DNA of 32,000 nucleotides, from positions 2,070,001 to 2,102,000 of the forward strand of contig NZ_CP047931.1 in assembly GCF_014280175.1 (NCBI RefSeq), given 5' to 3'. The first letter of the stretch is position 1. Every line of letters begins with the position of its first letter. A model generated the notes under the pieces. The model made no database searches and was not told the origin of the DNA. It worked only from the letters and a program-made list of their open reading frames with translations. A program made the translations under genes and the position numbers. Source of the DNA: Synechococcus sp. A15-28. GTDB lineage: Bacteria; Cyanobacteriota; Cyanobacteriia; PCC-6307; Cyanobiaceae. Positions 21,863-30,145 of the stretch are shown piece after piece.

Positions 21863-22237
21863 GTGCTGCCGTCGGTTCTCACCGGGACCCTCTGGCTGAA
21901 AGGACTTCATCCGGAGCTACCAGGTTGGAGTTGCCCACTGCGGTCTCTGACCGGTATTCCCTGCCCCACCTGCTTCCTCACCCGCGCCACCGCCGCTGCA
22001 CTCAGCGGTGATCTGCACGGTTCCATCCAGTGGCATGCCTTTGGCCCCATGGCCGCGGCTGGATTGCTCAGTTGGAGCGCATTGGCCCTGGTTCGACGAC
22101 GGTTGGTCCCACTGCCTGAAGGCCGGTTCCCTTGGCTGGGGGTCGCCACGGCGCTGCTGATGTTCTGGCTGTTACGGCTGACCCTCAGCTATGGCTTTGG
22201 GGTGGAAGGCATCCTGGGGTTCCCGGCTTTGCCTTGA
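21863..22237 (+). CDS. DUF2752 family membrane protein
   Basis: CPLRSLTGIPCPTCFLTRATAAALSGDLHGSIQWHAFGP, the Cys-containing DUF2752 core. Confidence 0.75.
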   Translation: MLPSVLTGTLWLKGLHPELPGWSCPLRSLTGIPCPTCFLTRATAAALSGDLHGSIQWHAFGPMAAAGLLSWSALALVRRRLVPLPEGRFPWLGVATALLMFWLLRLTLSYGFGVEGILGFPALP

Positions 22238-22257
22238 ACCATTCGCCGCCGATTGCC

Positions 22258-22716
22258 GTGACCTCACAAGACCACTGGCTCAAGTTGGAACGCCAGGTTC
22301 ATTTCGGAGACACCGATGCCGCCGGTGTGATGCACTTCCATCACCTGCTGCGCTGGTGCCACGAAGCCTGGGAAGAGAGTCTGGAGCGTTACGGCATCGA
22401 CGCCGGCACTATCTTCCCGGGCTGCCGCGGCCAGCAGCAATGGCCAGCGGTGGCCCTACCGGTGGTGCACTGCCAGGCCGACTTCCTGCGTCCGGTGCAT
22501 GGTGGTGATCGATTGCGCGTGCATCTGAAGCCCCAGCGGCTCGACCCTGGTTGCTTCGAGGTGCGAACGACGTTCCAACTCGAGACCACTGTTGTGGCCA
22601 ACGGCCTGATCCGTCATCTGGCCATCCGTTCAGACTCCCGTGAGCGCTGCCCGCTGCCTGAGCCCGTGGACCTCTGGTTGGAAGCCTCTGGCTTGGGCCA
22701 GATCACTAGCCTCTAG
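22258..22716 (+). CDS. Acyl-CoA thioesterase, 1,4-dihydroxy-2-naphthoyl-CoA hydrolase-like (ORF track starts 22132; GTG start at 22258 preferred)
   Basis: LERQVHFGDTDAAGVMHFHHLLRWCHEAWEESLERYGI, a 4-hydroxybenzoyl-CoA-type hotdog thioesterase signature; adjacent to men genes. Confidence 0.88.
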   Translation: MTSQDHWLKLERQVHFGDTDAAGVMHFHHLLRWCHEAWEESLERYGIDAGTIFPGCRGQQQWPAVALPVVHCQADFLRPVHGGDRLRVHLKPQRLDPGCFEVRTTFQLETTVVANGLIRHLAIRSDSRERCPLPEPVDLWLEASGLGQITSL

Positions 22717-22895
22717 TCCCGCCGTCGCTGCCAGGCCCAGACGAGGGCTGCGCACTGCAAAGGGAACACGGCAGCAGCCCAGGCCAACGGATGAAACCCC
22801 GCGGACCCATGGCCCACCAGGGCTGCCGTACTGAACAGTGCGGTCCCAGACAGCAGGGCGGTGCTGGCCGATCGCCGGAAGCCAGAGCTCGACAT
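22713..22895 (-). CDS. Small hydrophobic hypothetical protein (60 aa)
   Basis: Two hydrophobic segments; ATG overlaps the TGA of the upstream TM2-domain gene (TGATG), suggesting translational coupling. Confidence 0.55.
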   Translation of the reverse strand: MSSSGFRRSASTALLSGTALFSTAALVGHGSAGFHPLAWAAAVFPLQCAALVWAWQRRRD

Positions 22896-23173
22896 CAGAA
22901 CCAGGGTTTCTCCTGATCGAGATAGAGCTCGCGAAATTCGTCGGTGGATTTGGTGAGGTAAATGACCCCCTCGATCAACCCGATGATGGACATCACACCA
23001 GTGGCAACGCCGCAGGTCACCACTCCACCGGCCAGGCCCACCACCAACATGATGATCCCGGCGTTGTTGTAGCCCAGCACAAACTTGTGGATACCGAAGG
23101 AGCCCAGAAAGATTCCCAGCAAGCCAGCTGCCAGCTTCCTGTTGCTGATCTCGGTTTCAGACAGCTCAGCCAT
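22895..23173 (-). CDS. TM2 domain-containing protein (92 aa; ORF track extends to 23479)
   Basis: NRKLAAGLLGIFLGSFGIHKFVLGYNNAGIIMLVVGLAGGVVTCGVATGVMSIIGLIEGVIYLTKSTDEF, the TM2 domain; overlaps the menE 3' end. Confidence 0.92.
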   Translation of the reverse strand: MAELSETEISNRKLAAGLLGIFLGSFGIHKFVLGYNNAGIIMLVVGLAGGVVTCGVATGVMSIIGLIEGVIYLTKSTDEFRELYLDQEKPWF

Positions 23174-24329
23174 CGGGGTCTGGCGGGTTCCCTGATTCTT
23201 GCGACTGCAACCAGGCCTGCCAACGACGTCGATGCCACTTGCCGGCCTCCGATGGCGCCAGCTCGGGACAGAGCACCCAACGCTGCGGCCGCTCTGCCGC
23301 AGGCCAAAGTCGGGTGAGGTCCTGCAACCGCTCCACGATGTCGGGAGTGCTGCTGCGCACCAGACCCACCAACCGCTCACCCCAGTCCGCATCAGGACGC
23401 CCCAGCAGCAACACCGCCTGGAGTGGCAGGCCTGAGGCCAGCAGGCGGGCCTCCAGCTGTTCCGGAAAGACCGTCTCACCCCCGGAAATCACGGCCCCAT
23501 CCAGCCGGCCCAGGATGCGCAGATCCGCCTCGAGCACAGCCCGATCCCCGGAACGCCACCAACCACCGGCGTCGCGCAGGCCCTGCAACTGTTCAGGCTG
23601 CTGCGGCCGCCAACAGGCGATCGCCAGACGCCCCGTTTTCACCTCCAGGGCCCCATCTGCAGCCAGCCGCAGCTCAACGTCCATCAGCGGGACACCGCAG
23701 CTGTCGTCCCCCTGCAGGAAGCGTTCCGGCGGCAAAGCCGTCACCATCGCCGCCGTCTCCGTGGCGCCGTAGCAAGGTGACAACCTGATTCCCGCCTGGC
23801 GGGCCTGATCAGCCATCACAGCCGGGAGCGCGGCACCCCCCACCCAGATCACGCTGAAGCGTTGCAGCCAGTCGATACCGCTTGGATCCGCCAGAAGCCG
23901 ACCGAGCTGGGTGGGCACCAAGGACAACAGGGCAGGCCTCTGGCCCCACCCCGCCTGCGCTTCGCAGGTCCCGATCAACTCCTGAGGCTGCTTGAGCGCA
24001 GTGGGCTCAAGGGAAAGGTGGGGCACCCCCCAACAGTGGCTGCGCCACCAAGGCATCAATCCACTGACGTGATGCATCGGCAGGGGATTACAGATCAGCA
24101 CCTCCCCCGGATCCAGACCGATGCCCTGCAACCAGTGAGCCGTTGCAACTGCTGATTGATCCAGATGCTTCAGAGGTTGCAGACAGATCCGCCGACCACC
24201 ACTGCTGCCGCCGCTGCTCACCAGCACTCCTGGACCGGGCGGCAACAGCTGCTGAGGCAGCGCTTCCGCTCCCCTGAGGGGCATCCAGCGCCCGTCGCGG
24301 AACCCTTGCAGCAGCTCACGGGCCGTCAT
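23166..24329 (-). CDS. menE: o-succinylbenzoate-CoA ligase, AMP-binding (ORF track extends to 24389)
   Basis: VLVSSGGSSGGRRICLQPLKHL, NPLPMHHVSGLMPWW, LSPCYGATETAAMVTAL, YRSGD-like WWRSGDRAVLEADLRILGRLDGAVISGGETVFPEQLE; coupled to menC by a 4-nt overlap. Confidence 0.93.
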   Translation of the reverse strand: MTARELLQGFRDGRWMPLRGAEALPQQLLPPGPGVLVSSGGSSGGRRICLQPLKHLDQSAVATAHWLQGIGLDPGEVLICNPLPMHHVSGLMPWWRSHCWGVPHLSLEPTALKQPQELIGTCEAQAGWGQRPALLSLVPTQLGRLLADPSGIDWLQRFSVIWVGGAALPAVMADQARQAGIRLSPCYGATETAAMVTALPPERFLQGDDSCGVPLMDVELRLAADGALEVKTGRLAIACWRPQQPEQLQGLRDAGGWWRSGDRAVLEADLRILGRLDGAVISGGETVFPEQLEARLLASGLPLQAVLLLGRPDADWGERLVGLVRSSTPDIVERLQDLTRLWPAAERPQRWVLCPELAPSEAGKWHRRRWQAWLQSQESGNPPDPDG

Positions 24330-25303
24330 GGTGAGGCCGCCTCCCACACCGCAGCCGGGTCGTCGCTGAACAAGGGGCCCGAGGGACACCAGCCCGGCGC
24401 AAGCCCCGGTGCCACGGGCGTCGGCCCCTGCAGCTGCAGCGCCGCCAGATGATGCAGCCAGCGGCGCCCGATTCCCGTTTCAAAGGCGGTGCTGAGCATC
24501 CGATAAGGCACGCACTCCTGCAGCTGCCGCAACAGCGGCCGGGGATCCCCCTCCAGCAGCGGACGCCGCACCTGCCATCCGCCCCAACGGTTCCGCAGCG
24601 ATGGGTCCTGGTCCAAGGATTCATCCAGGGCAACCGGCCCCAGGCCCGCCAGATCCTTCAGGCCCTGCTGATCGTCCGGTGCCAGAGGTTGCTCCAGCCA
24701 GGCGAAGCGTGGATCCCCCACCAGCCGTTCCATCCAGCGGCGGGCCGTGGCCCGGTTCCAGCCACCGTTGGCATCCAGCCGCAGGGACGCCGTGGATGGC
24801 AACCGCTCCAACAAGATCTCCAGCAACGACCACTCCTTCGGGTCCGGGTCCGCCGCCACCTTCCACTTCAGCGTCAACTCCCGCTGACGACCCCGCTGTT
24901 CCAGCAATTGCTCCAGTTGCGGCAGCATCCGCTCACCTGCCGGCAGCAGCTCAGCAGACCTCGGCGCCGCCAGCCACCCCTGTCGGCCAGGGCTGCCCAC
25001 CAAACCGTCCAACTCCGCCAGGGCTGCCCCGACCCCGAAGCCCAAGGCGGGAGACAGCCTGGGCAGCCGCTGCTCGAGCTGTGATCGATGCAGCAGTTGA
25101 CCAGTCAGCTGCTGCAAACCAGCAGCGCACGGCGATCGCTCGGCTGGATCGAGCGGCGCCACCTCACCCCAGCCCAGAGCACCATCGCTCGCCTCAATCC
25201 GCAACAGCCAGCCTTCGCGGTCTTCAATCACCCCCGCCGCGGTGCGCAATGGCTGCTGCAGCAAAAAGCGAAAGCGGCGCCACTGCAGCTGGAGAGGCAT
25301 CAC
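24326..25303 (-). CDS. menC: o-succinylbenzoate synthase
   Basis: REGWLLRIEASDGALGWGEVAPL, LTLKWKVAADPDPKEW, LRLDANGGWNRATA, WLEQPLAPDDQ, PVALDESL, VAPGLAPG; between menA and menE. Confidence 0.93.
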   Translation of the reverse strand: MMPLQLQWRRFRFLLQQPLRTAAGVIEDREGWLLRIEASDGALGWGEVAPLDPAERSPCAAGLQQLTGQLLHRSQLEQRLPRLSPALGFGVGAALAELDGLVGSPGRQGWLAAPRSAELLPAGERMLPQLEQLLEQRGRQRELTLKWKVAADPDPKEWSLLEILLERLPSTASLRLDANGGWNRATARRWMERLVGDPRFAWLEQPLAPDDQQGLKDLAGLGPVALDESLDQDPSLRNRWGGWQVRRPLLEGDPRPLLRQLQECVPYRMLSTAFETGIGRRWLHHLAALQLQGPTPVAPGLAPGWCPSGPLFSDDPAAVWEAASP

Positions 25304-26232
25304 AGCCCCCCCAGGGCCAGTCCAAACGCCAGACCCAGGCCGTTCCAGGCCTGGAACCGCAGGGCCAGAAACTTGCTCCCGCTGATGCGGTCGGGCTGGT
25401 CATGGCAACGCCGCATCAATCGGATCAAAGCCAGACCCGCCGGAAGCCCCAGACCGCTCAGCAACACGGTGAAAGGCCAGTCTCCGTTCAGAACCGGAAG
25501 CCACTCCAGCGCCAGCGTCAAAGCCACAAACCAGGGCACCAACGCCGCAGCCCGTCCTGTGCCGAGACGCACCACCGGTGAACGTTTGCCGTGGGCCGCA
25601 TCCTCCTCCACCTGATGAAAATGTGAGCAAAACAGCACCAGGCTGGTGGCCAGGGCCGGCCCTGACCCCAGCATCCAGGCGGTTTCCCAAGGAATCGACG
25701 TCACCCCCCTGGGCTGCAACACCATCAGGGCCGCTGCGGTGGCAAAAGGCCCAAATGCCAGCCAGCACAGGGGCTCACCCAAGCCGCGATAGCCAAGGCG
25801 GAATGGCGGGCCCTGATACACGAAACCCAGTCCGCAGCACACCAACACCAGGGCCAACACCGTCCAGCTGCTGCTCCAGGCCAACCAACCCATCAACAAC
25901 AACCCCAGGGCCAAGGCGGAGGTCGCCCCCAGCGCCACCCGGTCCCGCCGTCCGGTGAGGTTCACCACGGAGTGGGGTTTGCCGGTGGTGTCGACACCCG
26001 TGGCCGCATCAAACACATCGTTGCTGAGGTTCTCCCACAGCAGCAGCAGGATGGCCGCCAACAGAAACCCGAACAACTGCGTCCAGCGCAGCGATCCAAC
26101 GGCACCGAGGCGCCACCCCGCCGCCAGCAGTACCGGCATCACCGCCACGGAATACATCGGCCACTTGATCGCGGCTTTCCACAGCAAACGCCGTTCGGCG
26201 TAACGGGATGCGACAGCCTGCGGCTTAACCAT
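25300..26232 (-). CDS. menA: 1,4-dihydroxy-2-naphthoate phytyltransferase / prenyltransferase (ORF track extends to 26412; trimmed start)
   Basis: LLLWENLSNDVFDAATGVDTTGKPHSVVNLTGRR (prenyltransferase Asp-rich motif), CCGLGFVYQGPPFRLGYRGLGEPLCWLAFGP. Confidence 0.94.
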   Translation of the reverse strand: MVKPQAVASRYAERRLLWKAAIKWPMYSVAVMPVLLAAGWRLGAVGSLRWTQLFGFLLAAILLLLWENLSNDVFDAATGVDTTGKPHSVVNLTGRRDRVALGATSALALGLLLMGWLAWSSSWTVLALVLVCCGLGFVYQGPPFRLGYRGLGEPLCWLAFGPFATAAALMVLQPRGVTSIPWETAWMLGSGPALATSLVLFCSHFHQVEEDAAHGKRSPVVRLGTGRAAALVPWFVALTLALEWLPVLNGDWPFTVLLSGLGLPAGLALIRLMRRCHDQPDRISGSKFLALRFQAWNGLGLAFGLALGGL

Positions 26233-27706
26233 GGACTGGACCCGATTCCCGCGGGTGATCACCCATACATTTGAACAGTATCCCCGGCCGGAACCGCCGC
26301 AGATGTCGGCTGATTGTTCGTTCAGCAGTGTTCTCGAGGCCTCCCGGCAGGGCTGGATGGCCGCAGGAGGAGAGGACACGCTGCTCAGCCTGGCCCTGCC
26401 CCTCGATGGCATTGACCCGCTTCAGGCCCTGCCGGTGCTGGCAGATCAAGCCCCGTTCCAGATGCTCATGGACGGTGCCCCAGGGCTTTGTCTGGCGGCT
26501 GCCGGGTCCTGCCAGCAACTGGAACTGGACGGTGCACGTCGTTTCGAACTGGCCCAGCGCTTCGCCGATCTCAGCCTCAGCCGTCTGGTGGACACCAGGC
26601 CCGTCTGCCCCGCCCAGGCCAGGCCAAGGGTGGTGCTGCGCTTCCGATTCTTCGATCAGGTCGGGGAACACCACCACGGAGTCATGCACCCCCCAGCTGT
26701 CGAGGCGGTGCTGCCCCGCTGGCAGCTCACCCGTCAGGGACGCCGTGGCTGGCTCCGCCTCAATGGGGTCGTCAACGCCACCGCCGAAGCCCGGAATCTG
26801 GCCGAACAGCTCTGGCTCAAATGGGAACAACTTCAGAAAGAGCTGCCCCAAGTCGCGTCCAGTCGATCACCGACGCAGCTGACCAACGGCAACACAGAGC
26901 ATTGGAAACAGCGCTACAGCCGTGCTGTCGAACGAGGCATCGATCTGGTTAACAAGGGGGAACTGCACAAGCTGGTGCTGGCGGTGCGGCACACCATTGA
27001 TCTGGACACGCACTTCAATCCCTTGCCCCTGCTGCAGCGACTGAGGCGTCAGCAGGCCGGAAGCTGCCGCTTTCTATGGCAGCGGAACGCAGACGACGCT
27101 TTTTTCGGCGCCTCCCCAGAACGTCTGCTGAGCCTGAGGGGTGGCTGGCTGCGCAGCGATGCCCTCGCCGGAACCGCAGGCGAGGGCGATGACGGAAACC
27201 AACTGCTGCGCTCTGACAAAGATCGTCGTGAACATGAGCTGGTGGTGGACACGCTCACCAACCAGCTGTTGCAGATGGGACTGACACCCTGTCGCCGCCG
27301 CCTGCCGCAGCTGGCCCGCCACGGCCAACTCACCCATCTGCACACCCCGATCACGGCTGAGGTGCAGGAAAGGCCAGTGCTCAGGCTGGCAGAACAGCTG
27401 CATCCGACCCCTGCCGTCGCTGGCTTGCCACGACGGGAAGCCATGGCCTGGTTGCGCACGCTCGAACCCTTCGAGCGAGGCAACTATGCGGCACCTATTG
27501 GCTGGATTGATAACCAAGGTGATGCAGAGCTTCGTGTCGCCATTCGCTGCGGCCACGCCCGAGGACATCAGATGGAGTTCACAGCCGGCGCAGGGCTCGT
27601 TCGCGGCTCATGCCCGGATCGGGAAATGCAAGAAGTAGATCTAAAATTACAAGTTCTGATTAAGGAATTTGACGCAGCAACAATTTTTAATGTCAGAAAT
27701 GCCTGA
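26231..27706 (+). CDS. menF: Isochorismate synthase (true start may be internal, e.g. 26303)
   Basis: GELHKLVLAVRHTIDLDTHFNPL, FLWQRNADDAFFGASPERLLSLRGGWLRSDALAGTAGEG, KDRREHELVVDTL, LAEQLHPTPAVAGLPRREAM, NYAAPIGWIDNQGDAELRVAIRC, GAGLVRGSCPDREMQEVDLK, chorismate-binding family motifs. Confidence 0.95.
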   Translation: MDWTRFPRVITHTFEQYPRPEPPQMSADCSFSSVLEASRQGWMAAGGEDTLLSLALPLDGIDPLQALPVLADQAPFQMLMDGAPGLCLAAAGSCQQLELDGARRFELAQRFADLSLSRLVDTRPVCPAQARPRVVLRFRFFDQVGEHHHGVMHPPAVEAVLPRWQLTRQGRRGWLRLNGVVNATAEARNLAEQLWLKWEQLQKELPQVASSRSPTQLTNGNTEHWKQRYSRAVERGIDLVNKGELHKLVLAVRHTIDLDTHFNPLPLLQRLRRQQAGSCRFLWQRNADDAFFGASPERLLSLRGGWLRSDALAGTAGEGDDGNQLLRSDKDRREHELVVDTLTNQLLQMGLTPCRRRLPQLARHGQLTHLHTPITAEVQERPVLRLAEQLHPTPAVAGLPRREAMAWLRTLEPFERGNYAAPIGWIDNQGDAELRVAIRCGHARGHQMEFTAGAGLVRGSCPDREMQEVDLKLQVLIKEFDAATIFNVRNA

Positions 27707-27764
27707 TCAAAGGGTTCCCCTCCTTCAGCAATACTAAAATAAGAATAATGAATTAATCGAGGAA

Positions 27765-28904
27765 ATGGCAGCAAACGATGTTGCGTCAAATTTTTATGAC
27801 GCTTTTGTCGCTTACCTGCAAAGCGAAAAAGGAGAAAGGAAGGAAAGCAAAAAAGCTTTGAGATCTTTGATGTCTAAAGATTTCAACTTGAAAGTCTCTG
27901 GCACACCAGGAATTGTCTCCAACGCCTACGGAGCATCCAATCAACCCGTCAAAAACGACGGCACGGGAGATCCTCTCTACAGCGACGGCATTCCTAATGG
28001 ACGCTCCAACGCGATGAAGCGGTTCAAGGCACTCCGCAAAGAAATCACCACCGACTCAGTCGAAGTTGATTTCGTCATCGGCGGGGAATTCGGCACATCA
28101 TTGACCATCACAGATCCGGTGACGTGGGCAACAGAACCCATGACGGACAGGGTGGTCATACTCTCTGACCATTACGCAACGGCCAAAAATACCAACAACA
28201 ATTTCCGCCTTGATGTCGCGAGCTTCTTCACAGTCGGCGATGACGACAAAGTCAACGACTTTGAAATGCGCTTCGACTCCTATGTGATGTCACAAGCCAT
28301 GTCAGGCATGGAGCCTTTGATCGCCAATCCAGATATGGACGAGGCGATGCAGGGGTATCGCGATAGTTCTGTAACCACAGATCAGACCATTAACGGCACA
28401 TTTACATTCTTCGGGACATTTGCAACCGCGGCACCCCCAGATCCAGACAACCTTGACGTGATCGCACCCGTTCTAACGGACGAGGTGAGAGTCAAGTTCC
28501 AGGGAGATCCCAACTTTCAACTCTCGGCCCGCGACATAATTGGCATCGGGAAGGATGACTATTTAGCCGTACAAAAAGGCTCATGGGTGCAAAGCATCAG
28601 TGAACTTTTCACGATGGAAGAAATCTATGCTCTTGATGACATTTCTGTCGCAAACTATAAAGAACAACGGATTTCATCTGGACCTGGTTTTTCCGAAGAA
28701 GGCCATGGGCCGAGCCTAGGAAATCGGTTTGTTATGGACGCAGCAATCATCACCTACATTCATAACAACGAGGAAAACCCTGACCTCCCTCAACTCACTG
28801 CGTCAACGGAAGGGTTATTTGATACAGCACCGATCGTGGAAGCAACCTACGGATCAGAGCCTTTTCCAATTCCTACCCAAAGCTACGTTGGACCATTGGC
28901 GTAA
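27765..28904 (+). CDS. Hypothetical protein, paralog A of a tandem pair; possible NTF2/SnoaL-like fold
   Basis: 379 aa coding ORF; co-linear similarity to the 29007..29996 product (GRSxxxKxFKxLR, FRLD, NPxMDE/D, xxKFQGDP, EGxFDT). NTF2/SnoaL assignment is a fold guess. Confidence 0.85.
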   Translation: MAANDVASNFYDAFVAYLQSEKGERKESKKALRSLMSKDFNLKVSGTPGIVSNAYGASNQPVKNDGTGDPLYSDGIPNGRSNAMKRFKALRKEITTDSVEVDFVIGGEFGTSLTITDPVTWATEPMTDRVVILSDHYATAKNTNNNFRLDVASFFTVGDDDKVNDFEMRFDSYVMSQAMSGMEPLIANPDMDEAMQGYRDSSVTTDQTINGTFTFFGTFATAAPPDPDNLDVIAPVLTDEVRVKFQGDPNFQLSARDIIGIGKDDYLAVQKGSWVQSISELFTMEEIYALDDISVANYKEQRISSGPGFSEEGHGPSLGNRFVMDAAIITYIHNNEENPDLPQLTASTEGLFDTAPIVEATYGSEPFPIPTQSYVGPLA

Positions 28905-29006
28905 TACTTTGCAGGGCACCATGCCAGTTTAATCTTTTCTTTAGATCAAAGAAGGTCGTTCTGCGAAATTTTAGTTAAAATAAAGTTAAGCATACCCAGC
29001 TTAAAG

Positions 29007-29996
29007 ATGGCCACTGCAGCAGAGATTTCATCAAACTTTCTCGCAGTCTACGAAGATTATTTGAAAGGAGAGGCATCTGCCAGAGATCTTCGTCCCTTTT
29101 TGGCCAAAGATGTCGTACTAGACAGGTCTGGTCAGGCCGGCCTGATTTCTTCAGTCGGCGGCGTCTTTGAGGGCCGATCAACAGTAATCAAAAACTTCAA
29201 ACGTTTGCGCCAACTGGTCTCTACTGAAGAGATGCCAGTTCATGACGTCCTGTCCAACAGTTTTGCTGTCAGTCCAACCTTTGAATTTACGCCTCAAACC
29301 GACAGAATTGCTGCGGCCACAGACCAGTTCTCAACTGTCAGAGAAAACGGCAAGTCGTTTCGTCTCGACCAAATTGCCTACATGACTGTTAATGCGAAGG
29401 ATCGAATCTCAGATCTTCGCTTCCACTACGACAGCTACCCCATGGCTGAAGCCATTGTTGGGGAGGACGATCAGATTCCCAACCCAAACATGGATGATGT
29501 GTTGGAGCCTGTCCGAGATCGTGACATCGATACTCAAACAGCATTCGGAATCGTTGGTAACTGGTTTGGCACCTTCGGAGGAATTCAAGGTAGCAAAACA
29601 GGAGACACATCTGGACTCACAGCTCTCGAGCCAGTAACCCAACCCGACGCGCTGATTAAATTCCAAGGCGATCCAGACCTTCTCCCCTTTGCCGACTCAG
29701 AGGTTCGCCAAGGAATCGACGCCTTTATTCAGACATTCGCAGATCAGTGGGAACACAGCTACGACCGTGAATTCGAAATCCAGGAGTACTTCTATGAGAA
29801 CGACAAAGTGATCGTGAATACACGCGAAAAGCGCATGGCCATTCCTTCGAATCGTCATTATGACGTCATGGTCTCTATCGTTCAAACTGCATCGTCTGAA
29901 AATGGAGGCCGCGTCAATTCCAATGAGGGAATTTTTGATACCATGATCACAGTGACCGCTTTCGAGGGAGAGTATCCCTTCGTTAATGCTTGCTAA
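29007..29996 (+). CDS. Hypothetical protein, paralog B of a tandem pair; possible NTF2/SnoaL-like fold
   Basis: 329 aa ORF; similar to the upstream ORF; followed by a rho-independent terminator. Confidence 0.85.
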   Translation: MATAAEISSNFLAVYEDYLKGEASARDLRPFLAKDVVLDRSGQAGLISSVGGVFEGRSTVIKNFKRLRQLVSTEEMPVHDVLSNSFAVSPTFEFTPQTDRIAAATDQFSTVRENGKSFRLDQIAYMTVNAKDRISDLRFHYDSYPMAEAIVGEDDQIPNPNMDDVLEPVRDRDIDTQTAFGIVGNWFGTFGGIQGSKTGDTSGLTALEPVTQPDALIKFQGDPDLLPFADSEVRQGIDAFIQTFADQWEHSYDREFEIQEYFYENDKVIVNTREKRMAIPSNRHYDVMVSIVQTASSENGGRVNSNEGIFDTMITVTAFEGEYPFVNAC

Positions 29997-30045
29997 ATCA
30001 TCCGAGGAAAAGTTGAATCGCCACAGTCCTGTGGGATGAATCCAG

Positions 30046-30073
30046 AAGCCGACCTGAAAAGGCCGGCTTTTTT
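30046..30073 (+). terminator. Rho-independent terminator downstream of the tandem paralog pair
   Basis: AAGCCGACC-TGAAAA-GGCCGGCTT followed by TTTT: 9-bp stem with a single A/C mismatch, 6-nt loop, T-tract. Confidence 0.82.
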
Positions 30074-30094
30074 GTGGGTTGCTCTACAAATCAA

Positions 30095-30122
30095 TTGCCA
30101 GGAGCTCAGAAATATTTAGAGT
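30095..30122 (+). promoter_or_regulatory. Possible sigma70-type promoter for the aldo/keto reductase
   Basis: TTGCCA, 16-nt spacer, TAGAGT, located between the terminator and the AKR start; weak consensus match only. Confidence 0.25.
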
Positions 30123-30145
30123 ATATATGTACGAATACGACTCAA

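Noticed and set aside
23239-23772. 177-aa + strand ORF inside menE
   Set aside because: Ser/Arg-rich antisense translation, no domain; menE is well supported.
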